52,105 bases of DNA from Candidatus Falkowbacteria bacterium (lineage in GTDB: Bacteria > Patescibacteriota > Patescibacteriia > CAIXNZ01), in the NCBI GenBank assembly GCA_903920975.1, contig CAIXNZ010000023.1, forward strand, positions 1-52,105, given 5' to 3'. The translations under genes were made by a program, and so were the position numbers. Positions 32,732 to 44,500 of the stretch are shown one piece after another. Under the pieces are notes generated by a model, which made no database searches, was not told where the DNA came from, and saw nothing but the letters and a program-made list of their open reading frames with translations. The first letter of the stretch is position 1. Every line of letters starts with the position of its first letter.

Positions 32732-32818
32732 TTATTTCGATATTATTGTAAGATTAGCGAAAAAAGTATAATTAAGGCAGCAAGTGGCGGCTATATTTCT
32801 TTGATTATGAGAATTTTT

Positions 32819-32847
32819 TTGACTTACAGCCGTTTTATTGCTATGAT
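32819..32847 (+). promoter_or_regulatory. promoter of rpsU (and possibly of the whole downstream giant-gene operon)
   Basis: TTGACT, 17-nt spacer, then TATGAT. Confidence 0.5.
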
Positions 32848-32881
32848 TAAATAAATTTAAATAGGAGATGGAATTAAAATC

Positions 32882-33103
32882 ATGACTGAAGTAAAACGCA
32901 GAAAAAGCGAGACTTTTGAGAGCTTACTGAGGCGCTTTAACAAGAGGATCATCCAAAGCGGTAAAATCCTCCAGGCCAAGAAAATCAGGTTTTTGGAAAA
33001 ACAGCCGAATAAAAATTTAAGTAAAAAGTTAGCTTTACGCCGCAAGCAGATTCGGGAACAAAAGGAGTACTTAAAGAAAATCGGCAAGTTAATAGAAGAA
33101 TAA
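32882..33103 (+). CDS. rpsU: 30S ribosomal protein S21
   Basis: 73-aa basic ORF with S21-like ...ESLLRRFNKR....G...........EK.S..R... Confidence 0.88.
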   Translation: MTEVKRRKSETFESLLRRFNKRIIQSGKILQAKKIRFLEKQPNKNLSKKLALRRKQIREQKEYLKKIGKLIEE

Positions 33104-33136
33104 AATTGGTCAGATAAAAAATTTAAAGAATCATCA

Positions 33137-33577
33137 ATGCCAATTTTAGGGAAAATTGACTCTGATTTTAAGCAAGCTTTAAAAGAAAGAAAGCCAGACG
33201 CAGTCTCAACTTTGCGTTTGCTTTTGGCTGCTTTAAAAAATGAAAGAATAAAGAAAATGGCTGATCTGACCGATGAAGATGCGATCAAAATAATTAAAAG
33301 CGAGATAAAAAAAAGAAAAGAATCAATTGTGGAATATGAGAAAGGCCAGCGCGCTGATCTGGCTGATAAAGAAAGGCAGGAACTGGAAATTTTAAATCCC
33401 TATTTACCGGCGCAAATGGACGAAGGCCAAATCAAGTCAGCGATTGAGAAAATCTTGGCTGCCATGCCAGACAAAGAAAACGAAGGCAAGGTTATGGGCG
33501 CAGTCATGTCAGAGTTAAAAGGTCAAGCCGACGGCGCTCAGGTCCGCCAGATAGTCTCGGAACTCCTTAAAAAATAA
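33137..33577 (+). CDS. GatB/YqeY domain protein
   Basis: 146 aa with ...D.K.ALKE....V..LRLL.AA.KN... and the typical rpsU-yqeY pairing. Confidence 0.85.
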   Translation: MPILGKIDSDFKQALKERKPDAVSTLRLLLAALKNERIKKMADLTDEDAIKIIKSEIKKRKESIVEYEKGQRADLADKERQELEILNPYLPAQMDEGQIKSAIEKILAAMPDKENEGKVMGAVMSELKGQADGAQVRQIVSELLKK

Positions 33578-33595
33578 GGTTCAAAATAAAAACCC

Positions 33596-35500
33596 ATGCT
33601 AGAAAAATTTTTCTCGGCAAAAGTCAATTGCCAGGGACAAAAAAATAAATCAAAAAAGAGAACTGCCAAGCTGTTAGTAGTCATTGTGCTTTTGGCAGTT
33701 TTTTTATTAATACCTCAAGTTAAGGCGGCGACTTTAGATGTGGGCTTGTCATATGCTGCGCAAACCGGTTTGAATACTCAAGATATAAGAATAACAATTG
33801 CTACTATTATCAGGGTATTTTTGGGGTTTTTGGGTGTTACGGCCATAGTTATTATTATTTATGGCGGCTATACCTGGATGACTGCCGCTGGCAATCCTGA
33901 AAAAATTGAGCGAGCCAAAAAAATTCTAATTAATGCCGCTATCGGTCTGCTCATAATTTTATTAGCATTTGCCATAACCCAATTTATTCTGGGACAGCTT
34001 CTAAACGCTTTATACGGCGGTGGCGGACCTGGTACTCCTGGCTGGGGTGATGGTGGTGGTGCTTTGGGTAATGGCATTATTGAAAGTCATTATCCGCCGC
34101 GCAATGCCACTGGCATTCCCAGAAACACAAGTATCGTAGTTACCTTTAAAGAGCCGATGGATGTAGCTTCCATAGTCAATGATAATGGCACTCCAAATAA
34201 TTTGACTGATGACTTCATTCAAACAAATACAACCGATAACACTTATAACGTGCAGATATATCCGACCCCCAAAACCAATGAAACTAAAAATCCAGTACCT
34301 GCCAATAAAGTGAGGGTCTATTATACCACTGACTTAAGAACTTTTGTCTTTAAGCCAGTTGATTTATTGGGTAATCCCGATACCAATACAAGTTATACGG
34401 TTAATTTAAGTACTAATATTGCCAAGTTTGATGGCAAACCCGCCTTTGGCAATTATGGCCCCTACTATTGGAAGTTTGAAGTTTCCACTATTGTTGATTT
34501 AACGCCGCCCAAGGTAGTTTCGGTTATACCCTTTAAGGATCAGACCTATCCCAGAAATATTATTATTCAAATTAATTTTAATGAGGCAATTAACCCCCTG
34601 ACTCTCAGAGGTTTGGTTGAAATTCAGGGCGGTGGAACGCTTGGGCAGCTTAAAATAGATGCGGATGGAAAAATTATTACCTTCAACTATATAAACGTGA
34701 AAACCAATGATGTTCCTGAAAAATTTGTAGCTGGTGAATTTTTATACAGCAACATGTATCAGACAGTAGAATTTGTGACCAATGATCTATGCGGAAAAAA
34801 TTCCTGCGGTGGTAATGTTTACTGCTTGCCTGCTAATAAAACAATAACTGTTTTGGCTAAGGCGGCGGAATTAGTTGATACTGGCAAACCAACTGCCAAA
34901 TTTCCATTTACCGGCATAGTTGATATGGCTGATAATTCTTTGGATGGCGATAAAAGCGGGACAGCAGAAGGTCCCCCAAGTGATAATTATGTGTGGAATT
35001 TTTCTACCAACGATAAAATCGATATTATTCCGCCTAAAATTGATTTAAAAACGCCTGAGCAAGGAGCCGAAGCCAGCCCGGCAGATAGTTTTGAAATTAC
35101 TTTTGACAAATTAATGATGTCCAGCACCCTAAAAGGTGGTAGTAATTACGGCGATGGCTTGGAATATATTACTCTGGATCAGAGTAAGGCATTAGAAATA
35201 GATAAAAACATTTCCGGCTGGGGTTATTGGATAACCAACCAAAATTTACCCCAAGAAATTCCCACCAAGACCAAGGCAATTATTAATCATGCGATTTTAG
35301 GAGATTATTTACCTTATGCCATAAAAGTAAATTCCGGAGTTAAAGATATTTATCAAAATTGTTATCAGCCATGCGCTGGTCCGAGTTGTGACAGGGTTGA
35401 TACATCTACTCCAGGAGTATATGAAGCAGGCGCTTGGGTGCCAAATACTAATTGTTTCCCGTCTTGTGATTTAGATCCAACTTCTACTTGTGGACAATAA
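33596..35500 (+). CDS. surface protein: signal peptide + VirB2/TrbC-like pilin module + Gly/Pro linker + three Ig-like (Big_5/SbsA-type) domains
   Basis: 634 aa. Signal peptide ends ...PQVKA|A. The pilin-like module is encoded at 33728-34015, followed by a GGGGPGTPGWGDGGG linker. Three repeats of the P(P)K/R-(V/I)....P.......(I/F).(I/V).F...(M/I) pattern. Confidence 0.85.
   Translation: MLEKFFSAKVNCQGQKNKSKKRTAKLLVVIVLLAVFLLIPQVKAATLDVGLSYAAQTGLNTQDIRITIATIIRVFLGFLGVTAIVIIIYGGYTWMTAAGNPEKIERAKKILINAAIGLLIILLAFAITQFILGQLLNALYGGGGPGTPGWGDGGGALGNGIIESHYPPRNATGIPRNTSIVVTFKEPMDVASIVNDNGTPNNLTDDFIQTNTTDNTYNVQIYPTPKTNETKNPVPANKVRVYYTTDLRTFVFKPVDLLGNPDTNTSYTVNLSTNIAKFDGKPAFGNYGPYYWKFEVSTIVDLTPPKVVSVIPFKDQTYPRNIIIQINFNEAINPLTLRGLVEIQGGGTLGQLKIDADGKIITFNYINVKTNDVPEKFVAGEFLYSNMYQTVEFVTNDLCGKNSCGGNVYCLPANKTITVLAKAAELVDTGKPTAKFPFTGIVDMADNSLDGDKSGTAEGPPSDNYVWNFSTNDKIDIIPPKIDLKTPEQGAEASPADSFEITFDKLMMSSTLKGGSNYGDGLEYITLDQSKALEIDKNISGWGYWITNQNLPQEIPTKTKAIINHAILGDYLPYAIKVNSGVKDIYQNCYQPCAGPSCDRVDTSTPGVYEAGAWVPNTNCFPSCDLDPTSTCGQ
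33728..34015 (+). other. pilin-like two-TM module, copy 1
   Basis: TLDVGLSYAA...DIRITIATIIRVFLGFLGVTAIVIIIYGGYTWMTAAGNPEKIERAKKILINAAIGLLIILLAFAITQFIL. 61 of 91 positions are identical to copy 2 by hand alignment. Confidence 0.7.
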
Positions 35501-38500
35501 TGATTTTTTTATGCTAAAAAATTGGCAAAAAATCTTGATAATTACACCAATAATTATATTGGCCGTGTTTTTGTTTGCCAGCCAAATTAATGCCCAGACT
35601 TTAGACGTAGGTATTAATTATGCGGCTGGCGCTGGCTTGCCGACAACGGATATTCGCGTGACCATTGCCAATATTATCAGAGTAATGCTGGGACTTTTGG
35701 GCGTGGTAGCTGTTGGCTTGATAATTTATGGTGGGGTTATTTTTATGACTGCGCAGGGCATGCCGGAAAAAATTGATAAGGCTAAAAAGATTTTAATAGG
35801 CGCCACGATTGGCCTGGTCATTGTCTTATCTGCTTTTGCCATTGCCAGTTTTATACTCAATCAAATTTTGCAACAAGGTGGTCCGGGGCCGGGTCCAACC
35901 TGTAACAATAATGGTACTTGTGAGGCCGGCGAAACCCATGCATCATGTCCAAATGATTGCCCAGAAATACCAACTTGTACTGGCCCCTCTTGTTATACTC
36001 CGCCTCCCGGACTTTGTGACGATCCAAATCCGTCTGATGGATTACCCTGGCTGTGTCTTGATCCAAATCAAAGCATCAGGGGGCAGGCCATTACGGTTTA
36101 CGCGGGTAAGATAGACACCGCAACAACGGGAAAAATTTATTTTCAGGCTAAGGAAGGAAATCCTGATACTAATGCTAAATACGAAGTTGAGATATTAAAA
36201 TGCAAAGATACTGATCCTGCCTGGTTTGTGCGCAGAGACAGTGTTTTAAGTAAAGCCGTTATTAAGGTGCCAGAAAGTTTAATTTTAACCGATAATAAGT
36301 ATAAATTGGTCGTTGAAAATGCTGCAGACGAAAATGGTAATATTACCTCAACTGCTAATAAGAGCTGGGGTGGTTTTGGTGGGTCAGGAAAAGATATTTT
36401 TACATTAACCAGTGAAACATCATCAACTGACCCGATATTGATTTGTCTTTTAAAGGATAGTCCAACTGATGGTGAAGAAATATACAGAGCAAAAACAGGC
36501 GATACTAGGTATTTATTGGGTAACAGATTCCCGGCTAATACAACTGACAATAGTGTTACCTATGATAATGTAAATTCTGAACTTAAAGGCGCTAGTGAAC
36601 CAAGACCGGGTATAATTGCTTTGGAAAATTTGGTGCCGCAAGCGCTTTCCGGCTATATCCAGCTGACAACAAGCGGCAAAAAAAGCAATCGACTTTATAA
36701 CACAATTTATTGCGATACTAATAATGAATGCGTGAGCGGCTGTTGCGCAGCTAATACTTGTAAGACTGCTAGGTATTGTGCCAGTGGTGAGGGGGAAGGC
36801 TGTAAAACTACTTGTGCTGATAGTGGCTGTCAGCCAGACCTTTATTGTGACAATACATGTAAATGCAGATCGATAGGCGAAGATGCATCTTGCAGTAGTT
36901 CAACGACAAGTTGTGTTCCTAAAGTTGATTTTTGCGGACAGGATCTTTATTGTTCAACATCAAGAGAATGCAAATGCCAATATAATCCAATAATAACCAA
37001 GATTGATCCCTCAGATGGGGCAGTGGGCAATTATGTAACTGTGATTGGACAGGGTTTTGGTAATGTAAAGGGAACGGGAGAAATATATTTTTCGCATCTG
37101 ACTGGCACTACCAAAGATTTTATAGCAGCCAAAGTTCCAGCTGGTTGCGGTGCTGATAATACCTGGACTGATAAATGGGCAATTGTTGAAATACCAGAAG
37201 GAGCCATAACTGGTCCGGTTAAAATAATAAATTCTGATAATAAAGAATATATTTACGCAACAGGTTTTTCGGTTAATGATACGGTCAGACCAGCACTCTG
37301 TAATGTAACTACAGCTGCTGATTGTGCAACAGAGCCTCCAACTGATGACCTTAATAAATACCGCAAAGGAGAATTTAGTACGCCTGTCTTATTGTGCGGA
37401 AAAAATTTCGGGGCAACGAAAACCACTGTATCCAAGGCCGTAATCGGCGGCACTGATTTTGGCGGAACCGCCTGGTTGTGGGCAGACGCTTTAATCTCCA
37501 ACTTAACAATTCCCAATCTGCAGCCAGCCACTTTGCCGGTTCAGGTGAAAGTCGGACAAGTAAATAGCAATCCTTATAATTTTATTGTATTATCAACTGC
37601 CAAAGCCCCAAAAATAGACAATCTTGATCCTAATTTTGGACCTACCGGCCAATACATAACAATTATGGGCAGTAATTTTGGCACCACAAATGGTACGGTA
37701 AAATTTTATAAAGATACAACAGGCGCTTGGATAACGGCTGATACTAATTTTGGGCAAAAATGTACAACTTTTGGTTACTGGCACGATAGTTACATCGTAG
37801 TTAAAGTGCCTGGCGGACTAGATATCGGCGCTGAAAAAAGTAAAATACAGGTCACAACCAGCAAGGGGGCAAGCAGTAATTCAGTAAATTTCAGCCCTTG
37901 CAATGCCAATACTACAACCTGTGCATTAAAGCCGGGTATTTGCGCTATTGCGCCGAGCCAAGCGCCAACAGGTTATAATCCTATAAATATTTATGGTGAA
38001 AATTTTGGCGATTTTGGAGTTAATAGCCAAATAAATTTTTCTGATAAAAAAAGAGTGACTGAACCCGGTGATTTAACCACTTATTGGGCAAAGACTCAGG
38101 TCAGCGGGATTACCGTGCCAAATGGCGCGATTACTGGTCCGGTCCAATTAACTGATGTCAATGGAATCGTTAGTAATCGTTATCCATTTGAAGTAACTGA
38201 TTGCCGCAATGAACTAAAAACTTATTGTTCGAAGTTTGATACTGATAATCCGAAAAAGACATTCATTTGTTGTCAAAAGGATGGTATATGTAAAACAGAG
38301 GCCGAATGCAAAGGGCCTACCGCAGCTCAATGTTCATATAATTACAGTTTCATGACCGGAAAATATTTTGGCCCGCCACGCGTTGTCGAGAGAATTTTAT
38401 GCGATACAAACACGCAAAGTCCGTCACCCTGGAGAGAATCAAAAAATAATTGTATTAATGCGGGCATCACCGTGGCCTTTAATCAAGAAATGGATTTGAG

Positions 38501-41500
38501 CGCTCTTTTAGATGGCGGTTTGATGATTGAAGATTGCACAAATGATAATTTTGATTTTGATAGAAATATTTGCGCAAGTAAGACAATAAGCGGTGATTTA
38601 CAGTTAAGCGGTGATTTGGAAACAGAGCTAGATAAAATTAATAAATTTTCTTTTTTTCCTGCAGAGAATTTCGTGCCCCAGCATTGGTATAGAGTAACGT
38701 TGGTTGCCAATTATGTAAAATCTAAGGATGGTGTACCTTTGGACGGCAATAATGACGGAGATGCCGGTGGAAATTACAGCTGGAATTTTAAAATAAAAGA
38801 TAGTACGGAGGAATGCAAACCAGAAAATATCGTGGTTAATCCCCAGGAAGTTACTCTGGAAAAGATTGATCAGACCAAAAATTATTACGCTTTTGCCCAG
38901 ACACAAATTTGCAATGTCTTAAACGGCAATCTTTATGATTGGTGGTGGTATAAAATGTATGATGGCGAGCGAGAAATTGATAAGTGCGCGACAGGCGACC
39001 TTTGCATTGCCACAATTTCCAGAAATGATATTATGCCGCCTCCCAATGGCAATAAGCTGAATGACCCGAATCAAATAGCGACGGCGAAAAAGCAGGGCCG
39101 CACCTTTGTTGGCGCTGAATTGCCAGCCTTTGATGTACGTGATCAAGATAACCTGCTGAACATTGATTTAAAGATTCCGGAAATAACTTCTATCTGGCCT
39201 GATAACGGCGATGTTAGGCCCGAAGTGGTCACTAGTGTAGCGATTCACGGTAAAAATTTTGGTAAGGTGCAAGGCACCAGTAAGGTATTTTTTGAAGACT
39301 CAGCTAAAAATAGAATAGAAGCTGAATTTGCAGATTGCGTTAATCCTTGGTCTGATACTGATATTATGGTTAAGGTACCGATTAATGTGGTAACCGGTAG
39401 CTATTTAGTGGTGCAAACTTATTATGGCGAGGGTAAAAGCACTGACACTTTTCAATTAAGCCAAAATATCTATCCCTTTTTATGCGCCCTGCAGCCAAAT
39501 TACGGCAAGGAAAACGCCAGTGTCAATGTCTCTGGCTGGAATTTTGGCGATTCCAATAAAACCATTTTTGGGGGCAAGGAATTTAATATCGGCAGCAATT
39601 TGTTTTTTGATAATACAGTTTTTGAAAATAATAAATTAAAAACTTGGACAAATAATCTTTTAACTTTTAATAATCCCATTAATGTATCGCCCAATCCCCA
39701 AATTCCAGTTCGAGTTAGTATTGATCCGCTTTCAGAGCCGTATGTTGATTTGCCGAAGCTTGGCATTTTTACATCAGGCGATGAATATGCAGATTTAAAC
39801 ACCAATAGCCAATATGATAAAGCGATTTATCCCGTAAAAGATAAGGTGGGAACTACGCGAAACGAACAATTATTATATAGCAATGAATTGACTTTTACAC
39901 TGGCGCCAGTGATTACTGCTTTATCGCCTAATAATGGTCCGATAAATCAATGGGTCACTATTTACGGATATAATTTTGGCAATAATGAGGGCGAAGTTTA
40001 TTTTGCTGATAAAAAAGCTACCTTAGCGCCTTGCCAGACAAAAACCTGGACTAATAATTTTATCATTGCCATTGTGCCGGCAGGCGCTAAAACAGGCGAT
40101 GTTTATATAAAAACGGAAATAGGCATTGAAAGTAATCGCCAACGTTTTACTGTAAATACTAAGCCATTGGGCGCGGGTTTATGTTCAATCACTCCGGCCC
40201 AGGGCAGTATTGGCGAAGTTGTTTATGCATTTGGTGATCGTTTTGAAGAACCGCCCAGCGGTGAAATACAACCGGCTGATAGCGATCTAATTTTTACTTC
40301 TAATATCAATGCGCCAATTAGCCTCTGGTCTAATCAGAACATAGTGGCTAAAATTCCTACCGGCTCAACCAGTGGCGATGTAATTGTTAATAAAAAAGTG
40401 ATTGTCGGCCAAGCCTGTGTTGGCTTTCATATTGCCGGTTTTTGTCCCAGCAATACTTATGAAAATGCTTACGAAATGGCGCCGAGCAATGCCGTGCCAT
40501 TCACTGTCTTGAAAGATATTTGTACCAGCGGCTATATAGCGCGCGTTGATAAGGGTTTGGCGCCTGGACGGCCCAATTGGAATGCCCGCGATAATGGTTT
40601 CCCAGTAGAAGTGACTGATAAAAACGGCCAAAGTTTGTCTGATCCCAATATTTATTTAAATATTGTGACCATAGATTCAGCATCTGCTGGCGCCTATTTG
40701 TTTACTGCGCCTCATTATTATATTTATTATTATGGTTCTTCCTGGGGAGCCTCTGTGCCTGATAGAAAAAATACAATTTATAAAATCGGCACTGGCTATA
40801 AGGACACGGAGTTGGGCAGATTGTATAAAAAATATGTTTATGATCAAAGTTTAAATACACCGACAACTAGTCCGATGGGGGTCAATTTTGCTACCCATTC
40901 TTGGTATGCTGAGTCTTCTTATTATATGTCACCTTTTACCTCTCTTATTTCAATTGCCGGAAATTTATACGCCACTTCGCCAACTAGATGGGTTACTGAT
41001 GATAATTGGTATATTCCAAAAATTGTTTTTCATGATGAAATAAGCAAGGGCGAGGATACTTATGCTTATGGCTTTGAATTTGTTAAAGTGCCCCAGCCCT
41101 TAATAATATCTAATAATGCTGATTTGGGTGGCGTCGGATATCTTATCAATTCGCCAAACTTTTTAATCACCTCCAACGGTAAAAATATTTTTGTGATAAG
41201 CTATGATCTGCCGGGCAGTCCAATTTCGGATTTAAAGGGTTATACGATTCAGGTCCTGGATGAAAATTGGAAAGAAGTGGAAAAATTTGAAGTTCCCAAT
41301 TTACCGCAAACCAGTTATGATTACATAAATTTTTCAAATATATATTATGCCACAGGTATTATACTTGGCGGAGCTATTGCTGATGAACAAAATATTTATT
41401 TAAGGAATCAGTCATGGAATTATCGTTTGTTACAGGTTATAAATTGGCAGCAGAAAAAATGGCTAACCACTTATTTAGATGACGCATATTTTGGCGGTAT

Positions 41501-44500
41501 TTCTGGCACTACCTTATTTTATCCGGGTCAATATGATTGGTTTAATAACAAATATTGGTTCGGGCCTTATGGCAAGCCAGATACGACTTTATTTAAAGAT
41601 CCGACAATTCCCAATAAAAAGTATAATTTGTTATATAGTTTTTCGGCTTGTGCTATCGGAGCGGGGGAGTCAAAAGATCCTAGAACCTGCATAACTGATG
41701 CGGACTGCATTGCCTGCGGTACTGGCTTAAGCCGCTGTGTCAAAGGTCTTTGCACGCCAGTGATAAATAACTTTACGCCTCCACAAGGGGCGATTGGCAC
41801 ATACACGACAATTACCGGCTGTTACTTTGGCTGCAGAGAGGGTGAAGTTTGGTTCACGGGCAAGAAAAATTCCAGTGATGTTTATGCTAATAATGAATCA
41901 ACTTTTTATCAATTTAATAATACTAATGACAGTTCTAGTAATAAATATGATCTGGTATTAAAAGAAACTGCCGTGGTTGAAGGCGGGGTCTTAAAATTGG
42001 ATGGCAATAGCTATGCTATGACAACTAGAAATGTTGACCTTAATGCCAGGGGCGATGAAATGGATAGCGGCCTGACAATGTCTGCCTGGATTAATATTCC
42101 GGTAGGCACACCCTCTGGTACTTATGAAATAGTTACTCAAGGCGGGGGTAACTGGAATCCTTATAATTATTGGGGCGTTTATGTCAATGGAAGTTGGGGG
42201 CTGACATTCTATTCGTCTTTAGGAAATCAACCATTTAATAATAAGTTAATTGAATTAGGACAATGGACTCATGTGGCTGTTAGTGCCTGGTATAGTAAAA
42301 AAGACGATACTACTTATTTTAAATTCTATATTAATGGCGTGGAAAAATGGTCTTCTGCCAAGCCAGGCAATTTAATTCCGACAACAAGAAATAATATACC
42401 CCTCATGATCGGAGCAATACAATGGTCTGCTCCATCCCTGACCTATAAACCGGAACATCGATTTTCGGGCGAAGTGGATGAGGTGCGCGTTTATAACAGC
42501 GCTTTGGTTTTTGATGAAATAAAAAGAATCTATGATTTTGGTTACGAGAATGACAATATTAGAAATACCGAAGGTTATAATAAAAAAGGTATAAAAATAA
42601 GCAAACCAGAATGTAAAGATCTTTGGAAATGTTCTGGCTCTTACGATGGCACCACCTTTGATCAAGTTACAATCGAGCTCCCGGCCAGAGCGACAACTAG
42701 CAGTGCAGATGATGCCATTACAGGCCCGATTGAGATTGTTTCGGCTGAAAAACTTATGGATAATACGGAACATTTGCCGCTGGGAACTCCGCCTCAGGAT
42801 AAAAATTTTATCGTCAATGATATTTTACCGCCTGGCCTTGCCTGTTTGCTACCAGATAATGGTGAAAAACTCACTAAAGTAAGAGCTGTGGGCGATTATT
42901 TTGGCGACACTGCCGGTACTAATGATTTTATTAATTTTAAACAAGATGATAAAGCAGAGGGACTCAAAATCAGTTCTTTTATCACCAGTGCCGAGCGCTC
43001 TGATTGTCCTGCTTCAGGCTGGTCAATGGGCAGTATTTGTTTTGCCGTGCCTAATGAGATAGAGGATATAAAAGATAACTGGGTATCGGTTATTAAAAAC
43101 GCTGTTTTCGGCAATGAATTAAGCTGGACTTATAACATGGGCCTATGCGGTAATGGCGTGATTAATAAACCTTCAGAAAATTGTGACGGGGTTGTTCCTC
43201 CGCCGATAATTACGGATGATGAAAGAATTGATATCTGCAAGAAATTATTCAGCACTGATTATCCCCTTGAACAGATTATCAGTTGCACAGTACAATGTGC
43301 TGCCTGCGATTTGAAATTTTGCGTTGGCAATGACTGCAGATCTACCAAAGAACTTTGCGGTAATCAAACAATAGAATTTTATAAGGATATCCATGAAGAA
43401 GATTGCGATGGTACTAATTTAAACAATAAAAGCTGTGAAAAATTAGGATACGGACCAGGCGATTTGGCCTGTTATGCGCCAGCAGCAACCAATCAGTGTA
43501 AATTTGATTATTCTGACTGCAAATATGGTGCGCCAAAAGTTCAGTCAACAGTACCGGCTAATGGCGGTCCATTTTGCAGAAACGGCATTATTGATATTTA
43601 TTTTGACAGCCAGATTGATTTAACAACCATCACAAAAAGTAATTTTGTCATTGGAACCTGCACTCCAACGCTTAGTGGGTTAGCTTATAAATCAGAGGAA
43701 AAAGGAATTTTTGCTTATTTGAAAAATATTGCCAAAAAACTTTTAGGCTTTAGCACCCCGGCTTCTGCCGAGGAAGTAAATGTGGGCGGTAGCACATGTG
43801 ATATGTTTGCTAGCACAGATTATTTTTTAAGGACAACCAACCTCTATGGTCGAACGCAAGTTTCCATTATTTCCAAGGGCACAAAAAAATTATTAGATCC
43901 GGCCACAGTATATACCGTAGGAATTATTAGCGGCGCTAATGGCGTGAAAAATTTAAATGGCGTTCCATTAGACATAAGTAATTCGCCCATAGCAAATATC
44001 GGCGAGGCCTATGCTTTTGAATTTAAAACCATGGGCACATCAGCTGATTCGCAAAGCGGCATCTGCAGTGTCAAGTCCATTAAATTTAATGTTTATCGCC
44101 AATCTTTTAATATAAATGACACGACATGCAGTGCTGATGGTTCATGCGGAGTAGATCCTTGTCTTGACGGTACATGTTCGAGCAGGATAGCCGAGGTCAG
44201 AAATAATGATTTATTTATTTGCGCAGGCAAAGATGATTGCGAACTGGATATTGATTTTGATCAGGATAATCAAACTGGCGGCAACCAGCATATTTATCAA
44301 GCCATTGCGCAGTACTTGGGCGGAATGACTTTGAAAGCGACATATACCTGGTCAAAAACAGATAAATTAGATCCGAAAAAAGTTTTATCTTTATATAATA
44401 ATCAGACCTATGATAATGGCGAGACCGATGGGAATACTATTGAACCGCCAGATCCCTACAAAGTAAGAAATAGCAATGGCATCGTCTATGTCACGGCGGC

